Positions 53,545 through 64,000 of a DNA stretch of 64,000 nt are shown one piece after another (within the stretch, counting starts at the first letter, position 1; each line of letters begins with the position of its first letter). Origin of the DNA: Octopus sinensis (Eukaryota); NCBI RefSeq assembly GCF_006345805.1, contig NC_043007.1:18414001-18478000 (forward strand), read 5' to 3'. The translations under genes and the position numbers were made by a program. The notes under the pieces are model-generated. The model was given only the letters and a program-made list of their open reading frames with translations. It searched no databases and was not told the DNA's origin.

Positions 53545-54485
53545 TGTGTGTGTGTGTGTGTAAAGCTATGTCCACAAAGGCAATCACCAACAACAATGCT
53601 AATCTCATGTCTGTCCGTTACAGCCAAAAATACTACCTATCAAATCTTCCTGGGTCTACCTCTTCTAAAGGTTACCTCAACCACTAGGGTGTGGCACTTT
53701 TTCACACAGCTATCCTCATCCATTCTCGCCACATGACCATACCAGCTCGGTCATGTCAAATATCGACCAGACTATCAGATGCTGTTACACACCGCTACTC
53801 ACTATGCACTTCCTCTCATTGGTGTAGCTTTTGAATAATGTCATTCCATTGGCTAGGTGGGCAAGGCAACATTCACCCTGAGCAAGATGTCAGTCCATTG
53901 TAGGATTACCTATTCAATAGCTTAACAGAATGGGACAATGGGAAATGAAGTGTTTTGCTAAAATAGACGATACATTGGCAATCTGGGAATATCGAACCTG
54001 GCTGTTGCCAGTGCCACTGGACTGACTCCTGTGCAGGTGACAAATAAAGAAACACCGTTTCGACCCTGTGCTTGAGGAGACCTATTGAGTCAAGAACATC
54101 AGCATCAAAAATCAATGGAAATTGTAGTTGTGATCCCTGTGCTGGTGGCATGTAAAAAGCACCATCCAAACGTGGCCGATGCCAGTGCCACCTTGACTGG
54201 CTTCTGTGCCGGTGGCACGTAAAAAGCACCAACCGATCGTGGCCATTGCCAGCCTCGCCTGGCATGTAAAAAGCACCCACTACACTCACGGAGTGGTTGG
54301 CGTTAGGAAGGGCATCCAGCCGTAGAAACACTGCCAGATCAGACTGGAGCCTGGTGCAGCCTTCTGGCTTCCCAGATCCCAGTCAAACCATCCAACCCAT
54401 GCTAGCATGGAAAACGGATGATGATGATGATGATGATGATCTTGTGTGTATGAGCGCAACAACCTAGCCACTAGGCCATGTGCCC

Positions 54486-54523
<38 letters not shown>

Positions 54524-55092
54524 ATAGGAGCAGGTTTAGCTATATAGTTAAGTGGTTTCAGGTTCAATCTCACAATGAGTTACCTGGACGAGTGTCATCT
54601 ATTTTAGTTCCAGGTTAGCAAATGCCTTATTTGTGAATTTCGTAAATGGGAACTGTATGGAAGCCCATTATCTATGAATATGTGTGTGTGTGTGCATGTA
54701 TGTGTTTGTTCTAGATTCTTCTTTAATGTTTGTAATTTGCTTTCAAATGAACAATATAATGAATTAACAACCGACATTTTAAATGTTACCATTTGTGAGC
54801 TGTTTTTGTTGTTGTTGTTGCTGTTGCTGCTGTTGTTGTTGTTGCTCATGATGGCTGTGATGGTGTTTCAAATCCAAATGTCAACACATAATAACATGCA
54901 TTGCAAATGTAACAGCAACATGGAAGAAAATATCTTCAAGTGACCACCACCACCAAGAAGATAAGAAATCAGCATGTTCTATCTTTTTTTGTTTTTTTTT
55001 TTGTCTGTTATAAATGTTTTTAAGGTATGTCAAATAGTAGTCACTGCATTTTAATGTCAGTTTTATATATATGTGTATGTATGTATGTATGA

Positions 55093-55132
<40 letters not shown>

Positions 55133-55149
55133 TGAGTAGAAAAATGAAA

Positions 55150-56527
55150 TATCTTTTTATGGATAATTCGTTTAACCGATACCTGGGTAGCAAATTCACA
55201 TCAGAAATAACACAGTTGAAGTTACGTGCCTAGGGCAGAGACTACGTGTTTTCATGTGGAAATTTGTAGTATTTTTATAAAATTTATGAATAAATGTAAG
55301 ATTGGAGTTGAACGACAAATTAACAAATTTCCTTTATTTTCGACATATGTTTCGAAGGCTGCATATTCCTAATTGTGAAGGAATAAGGAGTACATTATGC
55401 CGCTTTCTCATCAGGAAAAACAAGGAATTTATGTCAACGTTAAGATTCACAAAAACGTTTAGATGACTGCTCTCACTGAGTGCATAGCAATAATGAGTGT
55501 CTCTTTAATATTCCTTTATAAGGAGTGACATCAAACTGATTGAATGTAGAAAATTCTAGAAGGTTCTAAGGGTTCAAGAGTTCAAACGAAGTAGGGGGAG
55601 AGAGGCCTAAGAAAAGTAAGGTGATTTGGAACAGGTCGTATGTATGGTGGGTTTTGTTAAATTCTTTTGTGAATGAGTGTCTGTGTGAGTGAATGAATAT
55701 AACTGTATTAATACCTATGTGTGTGTATGTGTGTGCGTGAATGTGTATGTGGATGTCAAAAAAACAGATAGTGGTGTAGCAGATATGTGTCTGTGTGCTT
55801 GATTACTATAGATAGAGGGAAAGAGAGAGAAAAAGAAAGAGGAGGGTGAGGCATTGGGACAAAGGCAAAACAAACCTCAATGGATTGGGTAGTATGTCTT
55901 TGAAAGCATAAAAAATTTTTTTTAAATAAAGGGGTGAAATATATAAATGGAAATATATTAATTAAAATTCAAGGGGGTTATCTATATTAGTCATTATTCA
56001 TATGAGTGAAAGGTGTGTTTTCTCCAGTGCAAGCACCTGTAGGACCTCTCGACGATTGAATTTATTAAAGGTACTTTGGCGAATAATATATGAAAAAATT
56101 CAGAATTACAGACGCCACAAATTTTTCTGCTCTTATCAAACGGAACGGATACCGACAAAGTGGACCATTCCAGCTTGAAGGTTGAATTGCTGTCTTTCAG
56201 ACGCCAAATTAGTTTGCTTAATCCATTGTGTCGGTATCTGTTCCAAATCACCTTACTTTTCTTAGGCCTCTCTCCCCCTACTTCGTTTGAACTCTTGAAC
56301 CCTTAGAACCTTCTAGAATTTTCTACATTCAATCAGTTTGATGTCACTCCTTATAAAGGAATATTAAAGAGACACTCATTATCTCTATGCGCTCAGTGAG
56401 AGCAGTCATCTAAAAGTTTTTGTGAATCTTGATGTTGACATAAATTCCTTGTTTTTCCTGATGAGAAAGCGGCATAATGTACTCCTTATTCCTTCACAAT
56501 TAGGAATATGCAGTCTTCGAAACATAT
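55150..56527 (-). mobile_element. Penelope-like composite: internally deleted ORF (55994-56251) between inverted 289-bp hammerhead-bearing repeats (55345-55633 and 56238-56527)
   Basis: Minus translation GLSKLIWRLKDSNSTFKLEWSTL...CGVCNSEFFHILF...CLHWRKH, the PLE endonuclease C-terminus; the two repeats are near-exact reverse complements. Confidence 0.7.
55337..55419 (-). ncRNA. Minimal type I hammerhead ribozyme motif, canonical core, GUC site
   Basis: Minus strand reads UUUUC-CUGAUGA-GAAAGCGGCAUA...UAUGCAGCCUUC-GAAA-CAUAUG-UC-GAAAA: 5-bp stem I, 12-bp stem II with 2 mismatches, palindromic ACAUAUGU stem III. Confidence 0.7.
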
Positions 56528-57185
56528 TTGTGACATCAGCATCTTTTCAGATGTTGAAATTCTATATATCATAGCAGTGAGATCTGACTGCTATGAGATG
56601 ACTGGTTTTTCCCATTGAGGATGTGCAATTAACTGAAATCATGTGACATTGAAGTTCTGGTGCCAATAACAGACGTATTTCATTTGCTATGATTGTTATC
56701 AGCGTCGCCTTACTGGCACCTGTGCCGGTGGCATGTGTAAAAAGATTCGAGTGAGGTCGTTGCCAGTACTGCCTGACTGTCTCCATGCAGGTGGCACATA
56801 AAAAGCACCCACTACACTCTCGGAGTGGTTGGCATTAGGAAGGGCATCCAGCTGTAGAAACTCTGCCAGATCAAGATTCGAGCCTGGTGCAGCCATCTGG
56901 TTTGCTAGCCCTCAGTCAAAATCGTCCAACCCATGCTAGCATGGAAAGCGGACGTTAAACGATGATGATGATGATGATGATGATGATCAGTATGTGCTTT
57001 TATGCACCAAGCACCTATTTGAGAAGATCTCCCAAAGCTTATAATTCAATATTCAGTGATCTAACAAGACGCCCATGTTAAGTTGGTTATAAAGATTACT
57101 TATTACTCTTTCTTTCAGATTATCGCTTATCATTCAATGACATATGATTGTTCTTAACACATTCATTCCCTTTTTTCTTTTTCAG

Positions 57186-57264
57186 ACCATATTTTCTTTT
57201 ACCTGTGAGAAAGATTTCACTTCAAAATTTTACATGTGTTATTCGGGCAAGCAGTGTTTTCTAG
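57186..57264 (+). CDS. Receptor ectodomain exon TIFSFTCEKDFTSKFYMCYSGKQCFL (phase 0 to 1)
   Basis: Acceptor ccttttttctttttcAG, donor tag|GTAAAA, 79 nt open, three Cys. Confidence 0.8.
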
Positions 57265-58611
57265 GTAAAATATTTCAGATATATATAAATACATAAATGC
57301 ACATACCATATTTATTTGAGCTTAAGTTGCATCATTTCATACTTGATTATAATTGTAAAAACTGGGGTGCAACTTATGCAAGGAGCAAAGCTAAAACTAT
57401 GAAGGGAAAAAAAATTTGTACCAAGATTTAACACTAAGTTAGGGGTGCAACTTATCAACTTATACATGAGTAAATATAGTATATATATATATATATATAT
57501 GAAGCCCAATATACCAGTCATGACTACCTGTCTGATAAGGGTACACCAGGCACGTGCATCACAACCATATATGCATGACATGGTGATCTTATATCAAGAT
57601 AAACTGTGCATGACCTTGTAGAAGAGGCCCAGTTAGAATTTTCTTCAGGTTGAGTAGTCCATCCTGCTCAAAGGGTCCCTGAATAAAGTTTGTTTAAGGA
57701 TGATGAATGAAACACCCATATTTCCAGAGGTGAATTATTCAAACCCCAAAGAATCCCTCTCAACACATGGCTATGATGCTCCCCCACTACTTCTGCTCGT
57801 GATCAGAGATGCACATATCATCAGCCACTAAGGGACATGCTCAACTGGTTATGGTCGCCCATTTTTTATACAAAGACAAAACACATGCATGATAGCACTT
57901 CCAATCAGTTAAGATTGAAAGCCATGAGAGCCACTGCCTGGTACTGCATCAGGGCTGCTGCTGTTGTCGTCATCATCGTCATCGTCATCGTAATCATTGT
58001 CGTAATTGTTGGCATCATCATCGTCATTGTCATCGTCATCATCGTCGTCGTTGTCATCATCATAATTGTTGGCATCATCATCGTCATTGTCATCGTCATC
58101 ATCGTCGTCGTTGTCATCATCATAATTGTTGGCATCGTCGTCGTCATTGTCGACGTCATCATTGTCATTGTTATCATTGTCATCGTCGTCGTCGTCGTCA
58201 TCATTGTTGTCGTAATTGTTGGCATCGTCATCATCGTCGTCATCATTGTCGTCATCATCGTCATTGTCATCGTAATTGTTGGCATCGTCGTTATCATCAT
58301 CATCGTCGTCATTGTCATCATCATCGTCATTGTCGTCATAATTGTTGGCATCATTGTCATCATTATCATCGTCATCGTTGGCAAAATTTTTAGCATAACA
58401 GGCAAAATACTTCACAGCATTTAATCCATCCTTATGTTCTGAGTTCAAATTCCGTTGAGGTCGGCTTTGCCATTCATTTTTTGGGGTCAGTGAAATAAAT
58501 ACCAGTCATGCACTAGGGTCAATGTAATCGACTAACCCCCTTCCCAAAAATTTCAGGCCTTGTGCGTATTGTAGAAAGGATTATCATTATTATTTTACGT
58601 TTATTTTGCAG

Positions 58612-58680
58612 CTGATAATAACAGAAAGAAGCCAGTAATAACATCTACTACGACAGAAATTAATGAAGATTATATAGTTG
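58612..58680 (+). CDS. Stalk exon copy 1 (ADNNRKKPVITSTTTEINEDYIV), phase 1 to 1
   Basis: ttattttgcAG acceptor, ttg|GTATGT donor, 69 nt symmetric exon, Thr-rich. Confidence 0.75.
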
Positions 58681-59445
58681 GTATGTAGCAGTTACTTTAA
58701 TTAACTGCTTTGACATCTGAGGGAATTTGTTGTAAATATCTTATTTTGTATTCGGTTGTCCAGAAAGTTCATACTGGTTCTTAAAGGAAAGAAAAAGGTC
58801 AATAATTACTTGCCTTTACATTTTTAATCAACCAAATATGAACCACATTGTTGACGTCATCATTGTTATCGTCATCGTTGTCATCGTCGTCATCGTTGTC
58901 ATCGTCGTCATCGTTGTCATCGTCGTCATCGTCATCATTGTCGTAATTGTTGGCATCATCATTGTCATTGTCATCGTCATCATCGTTGTCGTTGTCATCA
59001 TCATAATTGTTGGCATCGTCGTCGTCATCGTCATTGTTGTCGTCGTCATCATCATTGTTGTCGTAATTGTTGGCATCATCATCATTGTCGTCATCATCGT
59101 CATTGTCATCGTAATTGTTGGCATCGTCGTTATCATCATCATCGTCGTCATTGTCATCATCATCGTCATTGTCGTCATAATTGTTGGCATCATTGTCATC
59201 ATTATCATCGTTGGCAAAATTTTTAGCATAACAGGCAAAATACTTCACAGCATTTAATCCATCCTTATGTTCTGAGTTCAAATTCCGTTGAGGTCGGCTT
59301 TGCCATTCATTTTTTGGGGTCAGTGAAATAAGTACCAGTCATGCACTAGGGTCGATGTAATCGACTAGCCCCCTTCCTCAAAAATTTCAGGCCTTGTGCA
59401 TATTGTTGAAAGGATTATCATTATTATTTTACGTTTATTTTGCAG

Positions 59446-59514
59446 CTGATAATAACAGAAAGAAGCCAGTAATAACATCTACTACGACAGAAATTAATGA
59501 AAATTATATAGTTG
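59446..59514 (+). CDS. Stalk exon copy 2 (ADNNRKKPVITSTTTEINENYIV)
   Basis: Same splice sites as copy 1; one substitution (GAT to AAT, D to N). Confidence 0.7.
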
Positions 59515-60228
59515 GTATGTAACAGCTACTTTAATTAATTGCTTTGACATCTGAGGGAATTTGTTGTAAATATCTTATTTTGTATTCGGTTGTCCAGAAA
59601 GTTCATACTGGTTCTTAAAGGAAAGAAAAAGGTCAATAATTACTTGCCTTTACATTTTTAATCAACCAAATATGAACCACATTGTTGACGTCATCATTGT
59701 TATCGTCGTCATCGTCGTCATTGTCGTAATTGTTGGCATCATCATTGTCATTGTCATCGTCATCATCGTTGTCGTTGTCATCATCATAATTGTTGGCATC
59801 GTCGTCGTCATCGTCATTGTTGTCGTCGTCATCATCATTGTTGTCGTAATTGTTGGCATCATCATCATTGTCGTCATCATCGTCATTGTCATCGTAATTG
59901 TTGGCATCGTCGTTATCATCATCATCGTCGTCATTGTCATCATCATCGTCATTGTCGTCATAATTGTTGGCATCATTGTCATCATTATCATCGTTGGCAA
60001 AATTTTTAGCATAACAGGCAAAATACTTCACAGCATTTAATCCATCCTTATGTTCTGAGTTCAAATTCCATTGAGATTGGCTTTGTCTTTCATCTTTTTG
60101 GGGTCAGTGAAATAAGTACCAGTCATGCACTAGGGTCGATGTAATCGACAAACCCCCTTCCCAAAAATTTCAGGCCTTGTGCGTATTGTTGAAAGGATTA
60201 TCATTATTATTTTACGTTTATTTTGCAG

Positions 60229-60297
60229 CTGATAATAACAGAAAGAAGCCAGTAATAACATCTACTACGACAGAAATTAATGAAAATTATATAGTTG
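60229..60297 (+). CDS. Stalk exon copy 3 (ADNNRKKPVITSTTTEINENYIV)
   Basis: Intact AG and GTATGT; exon sequence matches copy 2. Confidence 0.7.
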
Positions 60298-60365
60298 GTA
60301 TGTAACAGCTACTTTAATTAATTGCTTTGACATCTGAGGGAATTTGTTGTAAATATCTTATTTTG

Positions 60366-60932
60366 TATTCGGTTGTCCAGAAAGTTCATACTGGTTCTTA
60401 AAGGAAAGAAAAAGGTCAATAAATACTTGCCATTACATTTTTAATCAACCAAATTTGAACCATTTTGTTGCACAATGCGTCTCCATCTTTCCTTTAACTT
60501 GAAAACACCCTCTTCCCAGAATTGAGGTGGTTTCATGGCAAAGAATTCATCAAGGTATCTTTTTACGTCATCCAAGGAATTGAAATTTCTACCATTAAGA
60601 CTATTCTGCAGAGACCTGAATAAGTGGAAATCCGAAGGAGCAATATATGGTGAATATGGAGGGTGGGGTAACACATCCCAGCCAAGCTGCAGCAATTTTT
60701 GTCTTGTTCCCAAAGCATCAAGTGCCAAAAATGAACTTTATTACCTTCCATTTTAAAGGATTACAGAATTAACACAGGTTATAGGAACATAAACCTTCTT
60801 CCATGAAAAGATAGCTTAAACTGTGCCCTAAATGGAGGTGGGGTCAAATCCTATTTTATGGACTCAACCATGTTCTAAAATAAATCGAAAGTTAAGCTGT
60901 AAATCAGCATGAACTTTCCGGACAACCCAATA
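60366..60932 (-). mobile_element. Internally deleted mariner with both TIRs, filling most of the intron before the TM exon
   Basis: TIRs tattcggttgtccagaaagttcat / atgaactttccggacaacccaata; LPHPPYSPYIAPSDFHLFRSL catalytic C-terminus. Confidence 0.9.
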
Positions 60933-60984
60933 TTATTCATGTATTTTCCTGCTTTATTTTTCTTCTTGTCTTCCAATATTTTAG

Positions 60985-61128
60985 CACAGCCAGCAAATAC
61001 TGTGTATTTACCATCAACAAATACTGTGAATTTCCTAAAAAACAAGAAGGCTTCTTATGATTGGCTGATTATTGTGGGAGGAGTCCTTCTGATTATCCTG
61101 ATGTTTGTTTTACTGGTTGTCTTAAAAT
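60985..61128 (+). CDS. Transmembrane exon (AQPANTVYLPSTNTVNFLKNKKASYDWLIIVGGVLLIILMFVLLVVLK), phase 1 to 1
   Basis: Pyrimidine-rich acceptor ending ttttAG, donor aat|GTAAGT, 144 nt open, about 21-residue hydrophobic helix followed by basic residues. Confidence 0.9.
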
Positions 61129-61835
61129 GTAAGTAAAAATCCATTTTATTGATACAGTTTGCTACAAAATCCTGATAAAAACGTTGCCCTTTTCAAGCCT
61201 AGCCAGGCTCATGGGCCCAGTTTCCCAGTTTCTGTGGCATATGTGTTCTCCCCAGCTGGATGGGACGCCAGTCCATCGCAGGAAGAGAGAGTGAGAGAAA
61301 GTTGCGGTGAAAGAGTACAACAAGGGTCACCACCCCGATCCCACTAGTTATTTTTTAAGTTTGGTATTTGTTCTATTAGTCCCTTTAGCTGGACTGGTAA
61401 ATTATAGGGATGTAAACAAACCAACACTGGTTATCAAGCAGTAGTGGAGTACTAACACAAACACACAATTAGCTTCCACAGTTTCCATCTTCCAAATTCA
61501 TTCACAGGGCATAGTTCAGCCTGGAGCCATAGCAGGTGCTGCACAATGGATTTGAACCCAAAACCATACAGTTACAAAACCACACAACCATAGTGGTTTT
61601 TGCTTCATAAGGTTTCTGAAGAATTCTGGAGAAATTAAATGTTTTAACATGAAACTAAACATGAAATTTTATTCTAAAATTTTTTTGTATGAAATATTTT
61701 TCTATGAATCCAGGGTGATAGATTGGTGGAAATGTTAGGAGGTCAGGCAAGACCCTGTGTAGGATCTGTTCTGGCTCTTTAGATTTTGACAACAACACCT
61801 GCAATAGCATAGCTGTGAAGGTATATCACAAATTT

Positions 61836-62072
61836 AAGGCGGCGAGCTGGCAGAAACGTTAGCACGCCGGGCGAAATGCGTAGCCGTATTTCGTCTGTCA
61901 TTACGTTGTGAGTTCAAATTCCGCCAAGGTTGACTTTGCCTTTCATCCTTTCGGGGTCGATTAAATAAGTACCAGTTATGCACTGGGGTCGATATAATCG
62001 ACTTAATCCGTTTGTCTGTCCTTGTTTGTCCTCTCTGTGTTTAGCCCCTTGTGGGTAGTAAAGAAATAGGTA
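61836..62072 (+). mobile_element. tRNA-derived SINE family C; other copies 1985-2470, 35800-36420, 36890-37270, fragments in the 58-60 kb repeat units
   Basis: aaggcggcgagctggcagaaacgttagc...gagttcaaattccgccgaggtcgactttgcctttcatcctttcggggtcg. Confidence 0.85.
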
Positions 62073-62901
62073 TATCACACCTGAGTTGGCAACTTTTCCT
62101 TTGAATAAAAATTTATTGCATGGGAAACTGCCAGGGTTCCTCAGAAAATCATGTCCAGAGCTGCATCCACAAGTACAGATTCATAATCAACTCCTCGACA
62201 GAAATATCATAATATTAAAATGCATGACTACATATAATCATGTTTGTTGTTTTAGGAGCACTCCGTCGGTTGCGACGATGAGGGTCCCAGCTGATACGAT
62301 CAACGGAACAGCCTGCTCGTGATATTAACGTGCAAGTGGCTGAGCACTCCACAGACACGTGTACCCTTAACGTAGTTCTCGAGGAGATTCAGCGTGACAC
62401 AGAGTGTGACAAGGCCGGCCCTTTGAGATACAGGTACAAGAGAAACAGGAAGAAAGAGTGAGAGAAAGTTGTGGTGAAAGAGTACAGCAGGGCTCACCAC
62501 CACCCCCTGCCGGAGCCTCGTGGAGCTTTAGGTGTTTTCGCTCAATAAACACTCACAATGCCCGGTCTGGGAATTGAAACCGCGATCCTCCGACCGCGAG
62601 TCCGCTGCCCTAACCACTGGGCCATTGCGCCTCTACTATGTTTGTATAATTGATCTTATAACACCGAATGTATTGTGCTCCTGGTTGAGAACAAATTCCA
62701 ATGAACTTCATAGTTGAATGGTAAGATTGAAAATCGAATGAAATCCAATTGTGAAAAGCACATGCTCCAATAATTTGTAAATATATAAATTTTCATGAAA
62801 AGCCCTCATCTTTGTTGAGATGGAGGAAAAAATCAGATGCATAACCAAACTTCTTACCAAAGTTTCATGCCTGACTTAACAAAACTTCCTTATTATTCCA
62901 G

Positions 62902-63176
62902 GTCGTGTTTCTAGAAAAAAACAAAATTGCGATTATGATTCAGTGAATAAGACACCTGACCAGGAAAACCGTATTAAACCTAATACTTCTGCTGAAGAAC
63001 CACCTGAAGATGATGGCATCAGTCATTACATGGCTAAGATAAATACTAATAATAAAACTTCAGATGCAAAACAATCTGAAGACGAAAACATCAGTTATTA
63101 CTTGGCTAAGATCAATGCCAAAGACCATGATGAAAAATCTATTTTTGACAACAGTTATCAGAATTTGGATTTGTAA
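62902..63176 (+). CDS. Terminal cytoplasmic-tail exon (CRVSRKKQNC...SIFDNSYQNLDL*)
   Basis: ttattccAG acceptor, phase 1 matches the TM exon, 90 open codons to TAA; AATAAA at 63366 and 63379 downstream. Full model using the 3461 exon and three stalk exons is 1053 nt = 350 aa. Confidence 0.85.
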
Positions 63177-63402
63177 AGCTGATTTCTCTTCCACACAGCC
63201 ACATTCTTGATAAACACACAAGCCGTAGCTTATTTGCTGCATTGGTAAATCACCATTCAGTATGATTCAATGATCTCTAGATCACTCTCAAGCAGTGTTC
63301 CCTCTATTTCACTACAACCACCACCACAATCATAGCCACTAATGTTCTTCTCCAAGCTTGCTAACAATAAAACGCATCAATAAAAACTCAAATCATTACA
63401 TA

Positions 63403-63630
63403 TACAGAGGTTGGACAAAACAATGGAAACAACTTAAAATTTCAAACAAATTAATTTTAATATGGAGTAGGACCACCTTTGGCAGTAATTACAGCTTAAG
63501 GTATGGACTCGTACAAAGTCTGAATTGTTTCCAAAGGAAATTTTGTCCGTTCTTCAGCTAAAACAGTCTCCAGTTCTTGTAGTGATGACGGTGGAGGATA
63601 TCGACTCCTTACTCGCTTTTCTAAAATGCA
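63403..63630. mobile_element. Tc1-like transposon end fragment
   Basis: Begins TA-CAGAGGTTGGACAAAACAATGGAAAC, a Tc1-type TIR; truncated by a SINE. Confidence 0.5.
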
Positions 63631-63845
63631 CCATAAATCATCATCGTTTAACGTCCACTTTCCATGCTAGCATGGGTTGGACGATTTTGACTGAGGGCTG
63701 GCAAACCAGATGGCTGCACTAGGCTCCAATCTGATCAGGCAGAGTTTCTACAGCCACCACTCTGAGAGTGTAGTGGGTGCTTTATGCCATGATAGATCTT
63801 TAGCCACTACACACATTTTTTTCTCTCCTTGTTTTTTCTGTGTCC

Positions 63846-63881
63846 CTTTCTGTAGAAGAGCATAGGCTCGAAACGTAAAAG
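63846..63881 (+). ncRNA. Hammerhead-like motif with CUGUAGA core inside a dispersed repeat (other copies 44852-44887 and 33352-33387, minus)
   Basis: CUUU-CUGUAGA-A-GAGC(AUAG)GCUC-GAAA-CG-UA-AAAG; all stems pair, A6 replaced by U in two copies. Confidence 0.45.
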
Positions 63882-64000
63882 ACTTTTTCTATTCCTAAGC
63901 GTTACACTAATACATCTGTTTGCTTTGTACACCACATCTCTTCGTCTTTTGTTTTTTCCTTAAACTCTCCCTATGTACATATATATATATATTATCATAA

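Larger units (their letters stand above)
57960..60460. repeat. Tandem triplication (period 834 and 783 bp) containing the stalk exon
   Basis: Unit = (GTC/ATC)n-type array, SINE C fragment, exon, left end of mariner; copies differ by scattered substitutions. Confidence 0.95.

Noticed and set aside
57905-60064. Three Asp-rich minus-strand ORFs (MNSEHKDG...DDDNDDANNYDD), superficially like acidic biomineralisation proteins
   Set aside because: The N-terminus is SINE C sequence and the rest is a trinucleotide array open in several frames; it lies antisense in introns of a well-supported gene.
62086-62322. 78-aa ORF in the last intron
   Set aside because: No phase-1 compatible splice sites; its 3' part is SINE D.

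Overview
AT-rich, microsatellite-dense animal genomic DNA. The SINE set and repeat style look like an octopus/cephalopod genome (inference from recall; no database search). Roughly two thirds of the window is repeats: several tRNA-derived and (GAT)n-tailed SINEs, Helitron/Helentron derivatives, mariner/Tc1 and piggyBac relics, foldback MITEs, and remnants of Penelope-like, Dong/R4, CRE and CR1 retroelements. Nearly every entry in the supplied ORF track is a microsatellite or SINE artefact. The real gene is spliced and only partly visible in that track. It is a + strand type I membrane protein built from phase-compatible GT-AG exons at 50129, 52074, 53264, 57186, three near-identical 69-nt stalk exons (58612, 59446, 60229), a TM exon (60985) and a tail exon (62902-63176). 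Its signal-peptide exon is at 3461-3562 and/or 29396-29455. The ectodomain resembles an IL-17-receptor-like FN3 domain by eye, but the 90-aa tail has no SEFIR/TIR domain and carries duplicated acidic Tyr motifs instead. The second notable layer is a set of minimal type I hammerhead-ribozyme motifs from at least five Penelope-associated families. Two have intact cores and both lie antisense to the gene. One family has the architecture PLE endonuclease - tRNA-like head - (AAT)n - hammerhead, and the tRNA-head+hammerhead module also occurs alone, like a SINE. All family assignments are by-eye motif recognition and need HMM/RNA-seq confirmation.
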